A stretch of 64,000 bases of DNA from an uncultured cyanobacterium. Its GTDB lineage: Bacteria; Cyanobacteriota; Cyanobacteriia; Cyanobacteriales; CAWCAG01. The DNA lies in contig CAWCAG010000005.1 of the NCBI GenBank assembly GCA_963793425.1, forward strand, positions 1,888,001 through 1,952,000, written 5' to 3'. This document shows positions 30,551-39,882 of the stretch, in pieces (positions within the stretch are counted from its first letter, which is position 1; each line of letters opens with the position of its first letter). Under the pieces are notes generated by a model that worked only from the letters and a program-made list of their open reading frames with translations, did not search any database and was not told where the DNA came from. The position numbers were made by a program, and so were the translations under genes.

Positions 30551-31081
30551 CTACAGAGAATATATTAAAGTAAATAAGCGTGGTAACAAAATTAGCCCAG
30601 CAACCGACATCGCTGCCAAAGCTGAGATCAATACGGCCCCCGCCGCACAATCTTTAGCAATTTTTGCTAATTCATGATAAGTTTGCTTGACTGTAAGATC
30701 CACTACCGACTCGATAGCTGTATTTAATAACTCTAAGACCAATACTAAAGCGCAAGTTAAGCCGATTACCGCCATTTCTACTGTCGAAACTCTTAAAAAG
30801 AAGCCTAAGCTAACTGCCACACTACCAATTACGGTATGAATACGAAAATTCCTTTGGGTAACAAAGGCATAACGTACCCCAGCCCAAGCATATTTAAAAC
30901 TCAGAAAAAGATTGGGGGCAACCTGCCAAGCGAAGAAACGTTCGGTTTTCTTGGTTTGAGGTAAAGGAGAAAGAGGTTTAGCGTGGTTAGCACTCACCAT
31001 AGAATTTGCGGGTAAAAATTTGTTGACCGGAGAATTACTCGTTCTGGATGGCACTGACCTTTGGTTTAATCTCATAATCAA
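30551..31081 (-). CDS. dgkA: Diacylglycerol/undecaprenol kinase (prokaryotic DgkA family)
   Basis: SFKYAWAG, NFRIH, ELLNTAIESVVDL, AKDCAAGAVL. Directly downstream of ybeY. Confidence 0.9.
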   Translation of the reverse strand: MIMRLNQRSVPSRTSNSPVNKFLPANSMVSANHAKPLSPLPQTKKTERFFAWQVAPNLFLSFKYAWAGVRYAFVTQRNFRIHTVIGSVAVSLGFFLRVSTVEMAVIGLTCALVLVLELLNTAIESVVDLTVKQTYHELAKIAKDCAAGAVLISALAAMSVAGLILLPRLFTLIYSL

Positions 31082-31094
31082 AGCTTATTTGAGA

Positions 31095-31616
31095 CTACAC
31101 TTTAGTATACTTAGGCAAAAAATTTTGGTTCTGAGGAACAAGACCCACTAGCTTTAATAATGTTTCCTGCACTGAGAGCATTTCTTCCAAGCTGTCTTGA
31201 TCAGGGTGATCCCAACCCAAAAGATGTAGGAAGCCATGACTGGTTAACCAAGCTAATTCAACTTGTAAAGAATGCCTTTGTTCCTGAGCTTGTTTCCAGG
31301 CTGTATCAACAGAAATAATAATGTCTCCAAGATAGAGAGGTTCTGACTTATCTAGTTGAGGCATATTTACTTCTGATGTTGCAAAGGCTAATACATCCGT
31401 CGGTACATTTTTGTTACGGTATTTACAGTTAAGAGTTTGCATTTCGTGGTCGCCAGTCAGACGCAAGCACAATTCATAAGCAATGGCTTCAGGAATCTGC
31501 TCAGATAATTTCCCAAACCACGACTGAAACCAGCTTTGGACAGTTTCTTGATTGATACCAGGATTATTCAGGGAAGAAGTAGAAAAGAAAACATCCTGAA
31601 GACATACTTCAAACAT
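31095..31616 (-). CDS. ybeY: rRNA maturation endoribonuclease YbeY
   Basis: PTDVLAF, LGDIIIS, HGFLHLLGWDH. The start is uncertain (31616 or 31637). Confidence 0.93.
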   Translation of the reverse strand: MFEVCLQDVFFSTSSLNNPGINQETVQSWFQSWFGKLSEQIPEAIAYELCLRLTGDHEMQTLNCKYRNKNVPTDVLAFATSEVNMPQLDKSEPLYLGDIIISVDTAWKQAQEQRHSLQVELAWLTSHGFLHLLGWDHPDQDSLEEMLSVQETLLKLVGLVPQNQNFLPKYTKV

Positions 31617-31671
31617 TGAACATTGATCATTAAACATTAAACATTTGTTGTTAACAAAAGATAGTCTAAGC

Positions 31672-31878
31672 TTAAGGTTTTGTTAGATAAGAAAGACCGA
31701 TGAAAAAGGCGATTAAGCCAACCGCACTCAGGAAAAAGTGCCGGAGAGATTTGCCGCCTTTGCGTACCATATTTCGCATGGCTAGTTTGGTATAACTAGG
31801 GGGTGGCTCTTTTGGGGTGCTGGTTTCAAGTTCAGAAGGCTCTAAGGTGGTTTGCTCTTGGTCAGAAGGTTGATTCAT
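31672..31878 (-). CDS. DUF3285-like small cyanobacterial membrane protein
   Basis: PSYTKLAMRNMVRKGGKSL.HF motif plus one TM helix, upstream of ybeY. Confidence 0.8.
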   Translation of the reverse strand: MNQPSDQEQTTLEPSELETSTPKEPPPSYTKLAMRNMVRKGGKSLRHFFLSAVGLIAFFIGLSYLTKP

Positions 31879-32035
31879 GGTTAAAAAGCTAGGTCGATTC
31901 TACTGTTTTTAATTTACCCCAATGTAACAATTTATTGAGCATCAGTAAAAAAAGACCCTTCTTGTTCACTTCTGAAAATTTTGTGGCAACCTGGATAGTA
32001 TAGAGTTAGGCCCTTCCTCACCTTAAATAGATCCC

Positions 32036-33700
32036 ATGAGCAACTATCCAGAACTTTCTCACCAAGGTTATCAAATTGAAAAAGTCTTAGGAAAGAACTC
32101 CTTGGGGGGTAGAGTTACCTATAAAGCTCAAAAAGATGAACAACCTGTAGTGCTTAAGCATTTTCAATTTGCTCAATCTGATTCTAGCTGGACAGAATAT
32201 AAAGCCTATGAATCAGAAATTGCTATGTTGCAGCAACTCGCTCATCCTAGTATTCCCCGTTATCTAGATTCTTTTGAAACCCCCACTGGTTTTTGCTTAG
32301 TTCAGGAATACAAACAAGCGATTTCCCTAGCTTCTCCTTTACAATTCACTCCTCAACAAGTTAGGGAAATTGCCTTGGCAGTGTTGGAGGTTTTGGTTTA
32401 TTTGCAACAGCAATATCCTCCGATTATTCATCGCGACATCAAACCAGAGAATATTCTTGTTGAAAGGGGAGCAAAAATTAAAGTTTACTTAGTGGATTTT
32501 GGTTTTGCCCGCCCAGGAGGAGACGATATGGCGGTTAGTAGTGTGGTCAAAGGTACTTTGGGTTTTATGCCCCCAGAACAGATGTTTAACCGCCAATTAA
32601 CCAAAGCTTCGGATCTTTACAGCTTGGGTGCTACTCTAATTTGTTTATTAACACAAACAAAATCTTCGGAAATTGGTAACTTAATTGACGAGACTAACCG
32701 CATTAATTTTCGTTCCTCTGCACCAAAGCTACATCGCCCTTTTTACAAGTGGCTAGAAAAAATGGTTGCCCCTAGCCCCAAAGAGCGTTATCCTCATGCT
32801 CAAGCTGCTTTAAACGCCCTGCAATCCATTGAAGCAGTTAAGGAACGCAAAGTTGTGAGTAGATGCTTAAGTCAGAAAAATTCTTCTGCCAAAATGTCTG
32901 CTGAAACCGTTGTCTTTGGTTTGCTATGCTTTCTAGTTGCTTTTATCAGTGCTTTACAAGGAGAAGTTGAAAAAACAGCGATTAAACCAGTAGAAAGGGT
33001 GAATCCTCCTAGTACAAGACCCATTAGTGATCTTGACCGTTTGTTAACTACAGGGGAATGTCGTAATTGCGAACTGGCTAAAGCTAACCTCGAAGGATTT
33101 GATTTAGCAGGAGTTGATCTTGAAGGTGCAAACCTAGAAAAAGCCAACCTTAGAGGTACTGTTTTGCACAGTGCTAACTTAAAAAATGCTCACCTGAGAA
33201 AAGCAAATCTCAGCAATTCTGTCTTGGAAGGAAGCGATTTAGAAGAGGCTAATTTAAAAGAGGCTAACCTTGATGATGCTAACTTAATTAAAGCATCCTT
33301 AGAAGAAGCAAACCTCAAAGGGGCGACTTTAAATAGAGCGCAACTCAATCAAGTTAACCTCGAAGATGCTAACTTGGAAGATGCTAGTTTAGAGCAAGCT
33401 CGTTTGATTTCTGCTAATTTACAAGATGCCTATTTATGGCGGGCAAATTTAGAAAAGGCTGATTTATTAGAAGCAAATTTGGCAGGGGCAAATTTGCAAA
33501 ACGCTAACTTAGAAGAAAGCCATTTAGAAGCAGCGGATCTAGAAGGTGCAGATTTGAGAAATGCAGATTTACGGGCAGCTAGTCTCACCAATGCTAACTT
33601 AGAGGGGGCCAACTTAAAAGGGGCTTATTTGGAAGGTTCGCAGATGAATGGGGCTAATTTCTCTGGAGCTATTTTGCCTTATGAGAGAAGCTATGAATAA
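32036..33700 (+). CDS. Ser/Thr protein kinase with one TM helix and C-terminal pentapeptide repeats
   Basis: HRDIKPEN, DFG, GTLGFMPPE. TM helix, then C..C and a long A(N/D)Lxx repeat tract at about 33070-33675. Confidence 0.92.
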   Translation: MSNYPELSHQGYQIEKVLGKNSLGGRVTYKAQKDEQPVVLKHFQFAQSDSSWTEYKAYESEIAMLQQLAHPSIPRYLDSFETPTGFCLVQEYKQAISLASPLQFTPQQVREIALAVLEVLVYLQQQYPPIIHRDIKPENILVERGAKIKVYLVDFGFARPGGDDMAVSSVVKGTLGFMPPEQMFNRQLTKASDLYSLGATLICLLTQTKSSEIGNLIDETNRINFRSSAPKLHRPFYKWLEKMVAPSPKERYPHAQAALNALQSIEAVKERKVVSRCLSQKNSSAKMSAETVVFGLLCFLVAFISALQGEVEKTAIKPVERVNPPSTRPISDLDRLLTTGECRNCELAKANLEGFDLAGVDLEGANLEKANLRGTVLHSANLKNAHLRKANLSNSVLEGSDLEEANLKEANLDDANLIKASLEEANLKGATLNRAQLNQVNLEDANLEDASLEQARLISANLQDAYLWRANLEKADLLEANLAGANLQNANLEESHLEAADLEGADLRNADLRAASLTNANLEGANLKGAYLEGSQMNGANFSGAILPYERSYE

Positions 33701-33735
33701 GTATATAGACATCTTTAATTCAGTAATTCCCTCTT

Positions 33736-34497
33736 ATGTCCAAACTAGAAGTATATCAGCCCCCCACATTTGCAACCCCAGCAGCAGAACGTCTTCATCG
33801 ACAACAACGCTTAGCTGCGGCACTGCGCCTCTTTGCTTTGTATGGCTATGATGAAGGGGTTGCAGGACATATTACAGCCCGTGATCCTGAATTAACTGAC
33901 TGCTTTTGGGTTAATCCTTTTGGTATGTACTTCGGTCACATCAAGGTGTCTGACTTAATTTTGGTTAACCATAAAGGTGAGGTGGTAGAAGGCAACAAAC
34001 CAGTTAATGCTGCGGCTTTTGCTATTCATTCTCAAATTCATCAAGCTAGGCCAGATGCGATCGCAGCAGCCCATGCTCACTCCCTTTATGGTAAGGCTTG
34101 GTCAACTTTAGGGCGTACCCTAGACCCCTTAACCCAAGATGCCTGTGCTTTCTATGAAGATCACAGTTTATTTGACGACTATACCGGAGTAGTTCTCGAT
34201 ACAGAAGAAGGCAAGCGCATTGCAGCTACTTTAGGGGAAAGAAAAGCGATTATTCTCCGTAACCACGGCTTATTAACTGTTGGACATTCCGTTGATGAAG
34301 CAGCTTGGTGGTTTATTACGATGGATCGTTCCTGTCAAGCACAATTAATGGCAGAAGCAGTAAGTAAACCAGTTTTAATTGCTCCTGAAGTAGCTAGCTT
34401 AACCTATAGCCAAATTGGAACTCATTATTTAGGTTGGTTTAGTTTTCAATCTTTATACAACAAAATTATTAGCCTCCAGCCAGATTTGCTTGATTGA
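33736..34497 (+). CDS. Class II aldolase/adducin-family protein
   Basis: GHITARDP, AFAIHSQIH, HAHS, LRNHGLLT. Confidence 0.9.
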   Translation: MSKLEVYQPPTFATPAAERLHRQQRLAAALRLFALYGYDEGVAGHITARDPELTDCFWVNPFGMYFGHIKVSDLILVNHKGEVVEGNKPVNAAAFAIHSQIHQARPDAIAAAHAHSLYGKAWSTLGRTLDPLTQDACAFYEDHSLFDDYTGVVLDTEEGKRIAATLGERKAIILRNHGLLTVGHSVDEAAWWFITMDRSCQAQLMAEAVSKPVLIAPEVASLTYSQIGTHYLGWFSFQSLYNKIISLQPDLLD

Positions 34498-34512
34498 GAT
34501 GGGAAGATAGAG

Positions 34513-34640
34513 TAATACCAAATTCGGTTACTAAAATACCTTGATAAAATCGACCAAATAAAGTTCTCAAACCCTTCTCCCTACTCCCCACTCCCTACCC
34601 TAATAAGTAAGTTATGCAACAAGGGCAGGATTTGGTGTAA
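34513..34640. mobile_element. Possible MITE-like miniature inverted-repeat element
   Basis: Ends AATACCAAAT and ATTTGGTGTA are imperfect inverted repeats. The internal sequence is related to stretches near 15766-15815 and 23778-23830. Confidence 0.4.
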
Positions 34641-35564
34641 TTAAATGCTTTTAGCCCGCATCAGCAAAACACTTTCAGTCGGTACTCTAACTTTTGAGGC
34701 TAACTTAAAAAACTCAAGGATTTTAATAAAGCTAAAGGTAGGATCTGGTAAATAGGCCACCTGCTTATCTTTAATCGTGATGCCATGACGACTGGATGAC
34801 TGAAAAGCATGATGAAGATTGTGCCAGCCTTCACCTAAAGTTAGAAAGGCAACAAAGCCATTGTTGCGGCTGTCATCGTCGGTAACAAAGGGTTGCTTAC
34901 CGAAAATATGGCTTAGGGAATTGACGGTTTGCACTCCATGGAATAGTAGAGTTGTGCTGAGGAAAAAAGCACCGAGGTATTCAAGCCCACCGATGAGATA
35001 GGAAATGACCCCAAGGGCTACTACAGGGATGAAATGTAAACGATCAATCACTCTTAACACTACATCTTTTTCAACATCCCCTGGCAGTTTGTCAGGAAGG
35101 AAACTAGGAGATAACAGCCAGCCCCCTTGCGACCAATAGAATCCTTTGATACCTTGAGATGGAGTGTAGGGAGAATGGGTATCAAGTTCTTTGTCTGCAT
35201 ATCTATGATGAGCTAAATGGTGCGCTTTCCACCAACTTGGTCCCATCTGTCCTGCTGATGCCCCGACAATGCACCCCAGCCAGAGAAAGAGAGGGGAAGT
35301 TTGATAACTTTTGTGGGTGAGTAGCCGATGGTAAATCCCTGTAGTTGCTAACATACGGATAACATACAAAAATACGAGCCAAACAACTGCCCCCCATGAT
35401 AAACCAGTCATGAAGACAAGCAGTACACCAACATGGCTAACCAGAATGAGTATCGGACCGATTACATAAGCAATCATTGTCAGTAAAGAATACTGCTTTG
35501 TTACACTAGTTCCTACAGATGCAGGAGAATTCATTTGTTTCATGTAGATGAATGGCGATCGCAC
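34641..35564 (-). CDS. Delta-9-type acyl-lipid/acyl-CoA desaturase
   Basis: His boxes HRLLTH, HLAHH, HNLHH, plus NSLSH and LTLGEGW. The start may be the ATG at 35543. Confidence 0.9.
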   Translation of the reverse strand: MRSPFIYMKQMNSPASVGTSVTKQYSLLTMIAYVIGPILILVSHVGVLLVFMTGLSWGAVVWLVFLYVIRMLATTGIYHRLLTHKSYQTSPLFLWLGCIVGASAGQMGPSWWKAHHLAHHRYADKELDTHSPYTPSQGIKGFYWSQGGWLLSPSFLPDKLPGDVEKDVVLRVIDRLHFIPVVALGVISYLIGGLEYLGAFFLSTTLLFHGVQTVNSLSHIFGKQPFVTDDDSRNNGFVAFLTLGEGWHNLHHAFQSSSRHGITIKDKQVAYLPDPTFSFIKILEFFKLASKVRVPTESVLLMRAKSI

Positions 35565-35700
35565 TAAATTAGTAGTTAATATCAGTCATCATAACTCTTG
35601 CTTTTTAAATAGGTAAAAGATCAAATGCTCATTTATCATTAAATAACCAGTAACTGAATAACTGATCATTGAACATTGATCATTGATCATTGAATAACCG

Positions 35701-37854
35701 ATGCTTAACTTTCCTCAAATTATTGCTCAAGAGCTTTCCTTGCGCCCTTCCCAAGTAGAAAATACTTTGGAATTGTTAGGGGAAGGAGCAACCATTCCTT
35801 TCATTTCTCGTTACCGTAAAGAGCGTACTGGCGGGTTAGATGAGGTTCAGTTAAGGGAGTTGGCTGACCGCTATACTTATCTTAGTGAACTAGAGAAGCG
35901 CAAAGAAAGTATTTTAGGGGCGATCGCTTCTCAAGGAAAGTTAACGGCGGATTTGCAGCAGCAAATTGAGTCTTGCTTACAGAAAAATGAGTTAGAAGAC
36001 CTTTATCTTCCCTATAAAACTAAGCGTCGTACTAAGGCAACGGCGGCGCGGGAGAAGGGTTTGTCACCTTTAGCAGAGTTTATTCAACAGCTTAACCATC
36101 CCGATGCAAAATCTCTGTCTTTAGATCAAGAAGCAAGTAAGTATTTATCCGCCGAACATAAAGTTAATACCGTGGAAGATGCCCTCCAAGGGGCTAGGGA
36201 TATTTTAGGGGAGTTAGTCGCACAAAAAGCTGAACTGCGGGCTTATTTACGGGACTTTTTGTGGCAAACAGGGGAGTTTGTTGCCCAGGTTAAAAAGGAT
36301 TATCCCGAAGGTACAACCAAGTTTGAGATGTATCGCAACTATCGGATTAAGGTGAAAAAAATTGCTCCCCACAATTTGTTAGCTTTGTTTCGCGGGGAAG
36401 CAGAGAAGATTTTAAGTGTAGATTTAGATTTCCCCATAGAAACTGCTATTGCTTATTTAGAACAACAAGAAAGTCAGAGTAAAAGTAGTGAGGTACGCAA
36501 CTTTTACCGAGTAATGTTGAAGGATGCCTTTAACCGTCTGCTGAAACCTGCTTTAATTCGGGAGGTGCGTAGTGAAGCTAAAAGTTATGCGGATTTGGAG
36601 TCGATTGAAACCTTTGCTACTAATTTAAGAGAACTTTTGTTGGCCCCACCAGGAGGAAGAAAGTCAACCTTAGCGATAGATCCTGGCTTTCGTACCGGTT
36701 GCAAGGTGGCTGTACTTTCTGATACAGGGCAATTTAAGGAGTATCAAGCTGTTTTTCCCCATACGGGAGAGAAGAAGCGTACAGAAGCCACAAAAATTAT
36801 TCGGAATCTGATTAGCAAGTATCAAATTGAACTCATCGCTATCGGCAATGGTACTGCTTCCCGTGAAACCGATGCTTTCATTGCTGAGGCGATTACAACT
36901 TTGCCTCAACAACCGATTAAGGTGATGGTAAATGAATCCGGGGCTTCTATTTATTCTGCTAGCGATGTCGCCCGTGCTGAGTTTCCTGATCTTGATGTTA
37001 CCGTAAGGGGGGCAATTAGTATTGGTCGTCGTTTACAAGATCCCTTAGCAGAATTGGTGAAAATTGCCCCCCAATCCATTGGTGTGGGGCAGTATCAACA
37101 TGATGTGGATGGTAAGTTGTTGCAGAAAAAGTTAGAGGAGACGGTGGAAAGTTGTGTTAATTATGTAGGGGTAGATTTAAACACCGCTTCTCAGGAATTA
37201 CTTAGCTATGTTTCGGGCTTAAATCCTGGTGTGGCACAAAATATTGTCGCCTTCCGCAATGAAAAAGGGGCATTCCGCAACCGTCGTCAACTCCTCAAAG
37301 TAGCAAAGTTGGGGCCAAAAGCTTTTGAACAGGGGGCAGGATTTTTACGCATTCGCGGAGGAGATAATCTTTTGGATAATACAGCAGTACATCCAGAGAG
37401 CTATCCTGTGGTGAAGGCGATCGCAACTGATGTAGCTATTCCTTTAACAGAGGTTAGCAAGTTAGGTAGTAAGATGCAAGACTTAGATTTGCAAAAATAC
37501 GTGACTACAAATATTGGCTTACCCACCTTAAAAGATATTATCAAAGAGTTAGAAAAACCAGGCAGAGATCCCAGATCACAATTTAAGTACGCCACCTTTA
37601 AAACTGGGATTAATGAAATTAAGGATTTACAAGAGGGGATGGAGTTAGAAGGAGTTGTGACTAATGTGGTTAATTTTGGTGCTTTTGTTGATGTTGGGGT
37701 ACATCAAGATGGTTTAGTCCACATTTCCCAATTAGCTAATCGTTTTGTCAGCGATCCTAATGAGATAGTTAAGGTGGGAGATGTGGTGAAGGTGAAAGTT
37801 TTGGAAGTTAATGAGAAGTTGAAACGAGTTAGTTTATCGATGAAAGCAATTTAA
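35701..37854 (+). CDS. tex: Tex-family transcription accessory protein (S1 domain)
   Basis: PFISRYRKE, IDPGFRTGCK, GASIYSAS, GVGQYQHD, C-terminal S1 domain. Confidence 0.95.
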   Translation: MLNFPQIIAQELSLRPSQVENTLELLGEGATIPFISRYRKERTGGLDEVQLRELADRYTYLSELEKRKESILGAIASQGKLTADLQQQIESCLQKNELEDLYLPYKTKRRTKATAAREKGLSPLAEFIQQLNHPDAKSLSLDQEASKYLSAEHKVNTVEDALQGARDILGELVAQKAELRAYLRDFLWQTGEFVAQVKKDYPEGTTKFEMYRNYRIKVKKIAPHNLLALFRGEAEKILSVDLDFPIETAIAYLEQQESQSKSSEVRNFYRVMLKDAFNRLLKPALIREVRSEAKSYADLESIETFATNLRELLLAPPGGRKSTLAIDPGFRTGCKVAVLSDTGQFKEYQAVFPHTGEKKRTEATKIIRNLISKYQIELIAIGNGTASRETDAFIAEAITTLPQQPIKVMVNESGASIYSASDVARAEFPDLDVTVRGAISIGRRLQDPLAELVKIAPQSIGVGQYQHDVDGKLLQKKLEETVESCVNYVGVDLNTASQELLSYVSGLNPGVAQNIVAFRNEKGAFRNRRQLLKVAKLGPKAFEQGAGFLRIRGGDNLLDNTAVHPESYPVVKAIATDVAIPLTEVSKLGSKMQDLDLQKYVTTNIGLPTLKDIIKELEKPGRDPRSQFKYATFKTGINEIKDLQEGMELEGVVTNVVNFGAFVDVGVHQDGLVHISQLANRFVSDPNEIVKVGDVVKVKVLEVNEKLKRVSLSMKAI

Positions 37855-37877
37855 TCAATGATCAATAAATTAATTGT

Positions 37878-37939
37878 GGTGGGCAAGAACAGACAAATTT
37901 TTAATACTTAATTTCACTTGCCTATCTTGTCCACCCTAC
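37878..37939. repeat. Second (half) copy of the 27.5-kb REP-like element
   Basis: GGTGGGCAAGAACAGACAAATTTTT...CTTGTCCACCCTAC aligns with about 27583-27644, including the spacer. Confidence 0.8.
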
Positions 37940-38018
37940 TACTTTCTAATCATTAAACGTTTATCGTCATGCGATCGCACATTGGTTTTCAATAAAGTAG
38001 GAGATTAATATTATCTGT

Positions 38019-38228
38019 TTACCTTTTTGCAGCTAGCACTGCTTCAGAAAAGCAAGCAGATAAGGGAACTAAATCTGTAAACTCGTGGGAAATTGTTTTG
38101 CTTTCGCTCTCTACTATTATTGCTGATAAATCAGGCATTTTTTCTCGGCAGTGAGGGCAAAACCAATAAAAACTGTTGTGGGCGATATGACGTAGCATTA
38201 AGCGAGAGCAACAAGGGCAGTCAGTCAT
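38019..38228 (-). CDS. Small putative zinc-ribbon protein
   Basis: CPCC...YWFCPHC pattern, with an AGGA RBS upstream. Confidence 0.7.
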   Translation of the reverse strand: MTDCPCCSRLMLRHIAHNSFYWFCPHCREKMPDLSAIIVESESKTISHEFTDLVPLSACFSEAVLAAKR

Positions 38229-38337
38229 GATTTTATCCTAAATAAAGTTTGTCAAAAAGGTGATTTTTAAATATTAAGGATTAACAAGGAAAAATTCTGT
38301 TTGCTGAACAGAATCCTAAATTAAACCTTGGTTTGAC

Positions 38338-38652
38338 CTAAGTAATTGAGGCTGTTTTTTGTAGGGTAATTTTTGTCGCTAAAATATCTTTGATTCCTCT
38401 ACTAATTATTGACTCTTTCTGCAATCTTTTAGCTACTGGTTCTCGATATAAATATTCTAGTCGAGTTAGTTCTTGCCCTTGCTCTATGGCAATGTATGAG
38501 TTGGGAATTCTACTTAAAACATAAGCAAGTAAGTCTTGATACAAGTCATTCTGGGCGTAAGCAGCTTGAATAGCATTGGGCTGTTCCGCTAGGATATTTT
38601 TAATTTCTTCGCCCACAGAAAACAGTGTTATGTTGACTAGATTTTTACTCAT
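38338..38652 (-). CDS. ComFB (late competence development) family protein
   Basis: LVNIT...V.EEI..IL, Y...L.AYVLSRIPNSY pattern typical of cyanobacterial ComFB-like proteins. Confidence 0.7.
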   Translation of the reverse strand: MSKNLVNITLFSVGEEIKNILAEQPNAIQAAYAQNDLYQDLLAYVLSRIPNSYIAIEQGQELTRLEYLYREPVAKRLQKESIISRGIKDILATKITLQKTASIT

Positions 38653-38747
38653 CTTCTTCTGGAACTATTAATAGCCGGACAAGGTTGAACTGAGAATATA
38701 TACTTTATGGAGTTCAAACAGAAATGCAATGAATTTACTATGCTTTT

Positions 38748-38797
38748 AAGCATACCTTAGCAACAAGAGATAAATAGGGTAAAAATGGGGTAAAAAT
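38748..38797 (-). promoter_or_regulatory. Probable promoter of the ComFB-like gene with an 11-bp-periodic direct repeat
   Basis: The minus strand reads ATTTTTACCCC-ATTTTTACCCT-ATTTATCTC, followed by a -10-like TATGCT at 38753-38748. Confidence 0.45.
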
Positions 38798-38865
38798 CGG
38801 TTAGGGGAAGTTAACCAGAAAAGGGTAGTTGTTAACCATGAGTCATTTAAGAAAAATCCCTTAAT

Positions 38866-39540
38866 CTAAATTTGTTTTAAGCGATAACCAATACTATGAA
38901 CTGTTTCAATAAGATCACGGGGAGCGCCCGCTGCCCTTAGTTTGCGCCGCAAACTTTTGATGTAAGTTTTGACAGTTTCATCTCCGGGAGGATCTTCGAG
39001 TGACCAAATATGTTCAATAATAATACTGCGGCTGAGGACTCGGCGACCATTACGTAAAAAAAGCTCTAAAAAACTATATTCTTTTTGGGTTAAGTTGAGA
39101 GGCTTGTCGTCATAAAAAGCCTCAAAAGTACTAGGATTGAAAGTTAAGCTTTCCCAGCGTAAAATTGGTGAAGATTGATTATTTCCTCGTCGTAATAAAG
39201 CTCTGATTCTGGCAAATAATTCTGGTAAATCGATAGGTTTAATGACATAATCATCAGCCCCAGCATCTAAACCAGCTACTTTATCATTGCTAGTATCGCG
39301 GGCAGTTAACATCAAAATTGGCATTGTATAGTTTTGGGAGCGCATTTTTTGACAAACCGCTAATCCGCTTAACTTCGGCAACATAACATCTAATAAAACT
39401 ATGTCATATTCCAAAGTTGTAATGTACTGCCAAGCTATTTCTCCATCACTAACAAGATCGACTATGTAGCCAAGATCGCTTAGTGCTTCTGCCAAAGTCT
39501 CAGCAAGAGGAATATCATCTTCTACTAATAGAATCCTCAT
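38866..39540 (-). CDS. OmpR-family response regulator
   Basis: MRILLVEDD (ATG at 39540, not 39681), LLDVMLP, GADDYVIKP, winged-helix C-terminus ending GYRL. Confidence 0.93.
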   Translation of the reverse strand: MRILLVEDDIPLAETLAEALSDLGYIVDLVSDGEIAWQYITTLEYDIVLLDVMLPKLSGLAVCQKMRSQNYTMPILMLTARDTSNDKVAGLDAGADDYVIKPIDLPELFARIRALLRRGNNQSSPILRWESLTFNPSTFEAFYDDKPLNLTQKEYSFLELFLRNGRRVLSRSIIIEHIWSLEDPPGDETVKTYIKSLRRKLRAAGAPRDLIETVHSIGYRLKQI

Positions 39541-39882
39541 GATATTAGTAATAGAATTCCTATAATAGCTAGTAGCCTTAAAGACGAATAAGTAAAGGGA
39601 ATTTTTTCTCCTAGTTTTGAGTAAAAAGTCGCTTTTGTCAGTCTTCTTATACAAATAATTATATCTTTTCCTCAAAATCAATTTATACTTCTTAATTAAA
39701 AGTAAGGAAAATAACCAATTTCTCTGTAATGGTAATCATAAAGTTATTGTCATACTACCAAGCTTTAAGGTTCTGCTGTACAAGGGTTTAAGCTTTCTGC
39801 TCACCTAAGAAAAAAATAGAATTACTAGCTCAAAACATTTATTTAACAATTAATTTCAACATGGCTATTCAGGAGAAGAGAA

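Noticed and set aside
33070..33675. 15-bp periodic low-complexity DNA
   Set aside because: It is fully explained by pentapeptide-repeat coding in the kinase.
39541..39681. 47-aa N-terminal extension on the response regulator
   Set aside because: The receiver domain starts at MRILLVEDD (39540), and the extension is AT-rich promoter sequence. Similar over-extensions were trimmed for rpaA, the SNF2 gene, trpG and the XRE gene.
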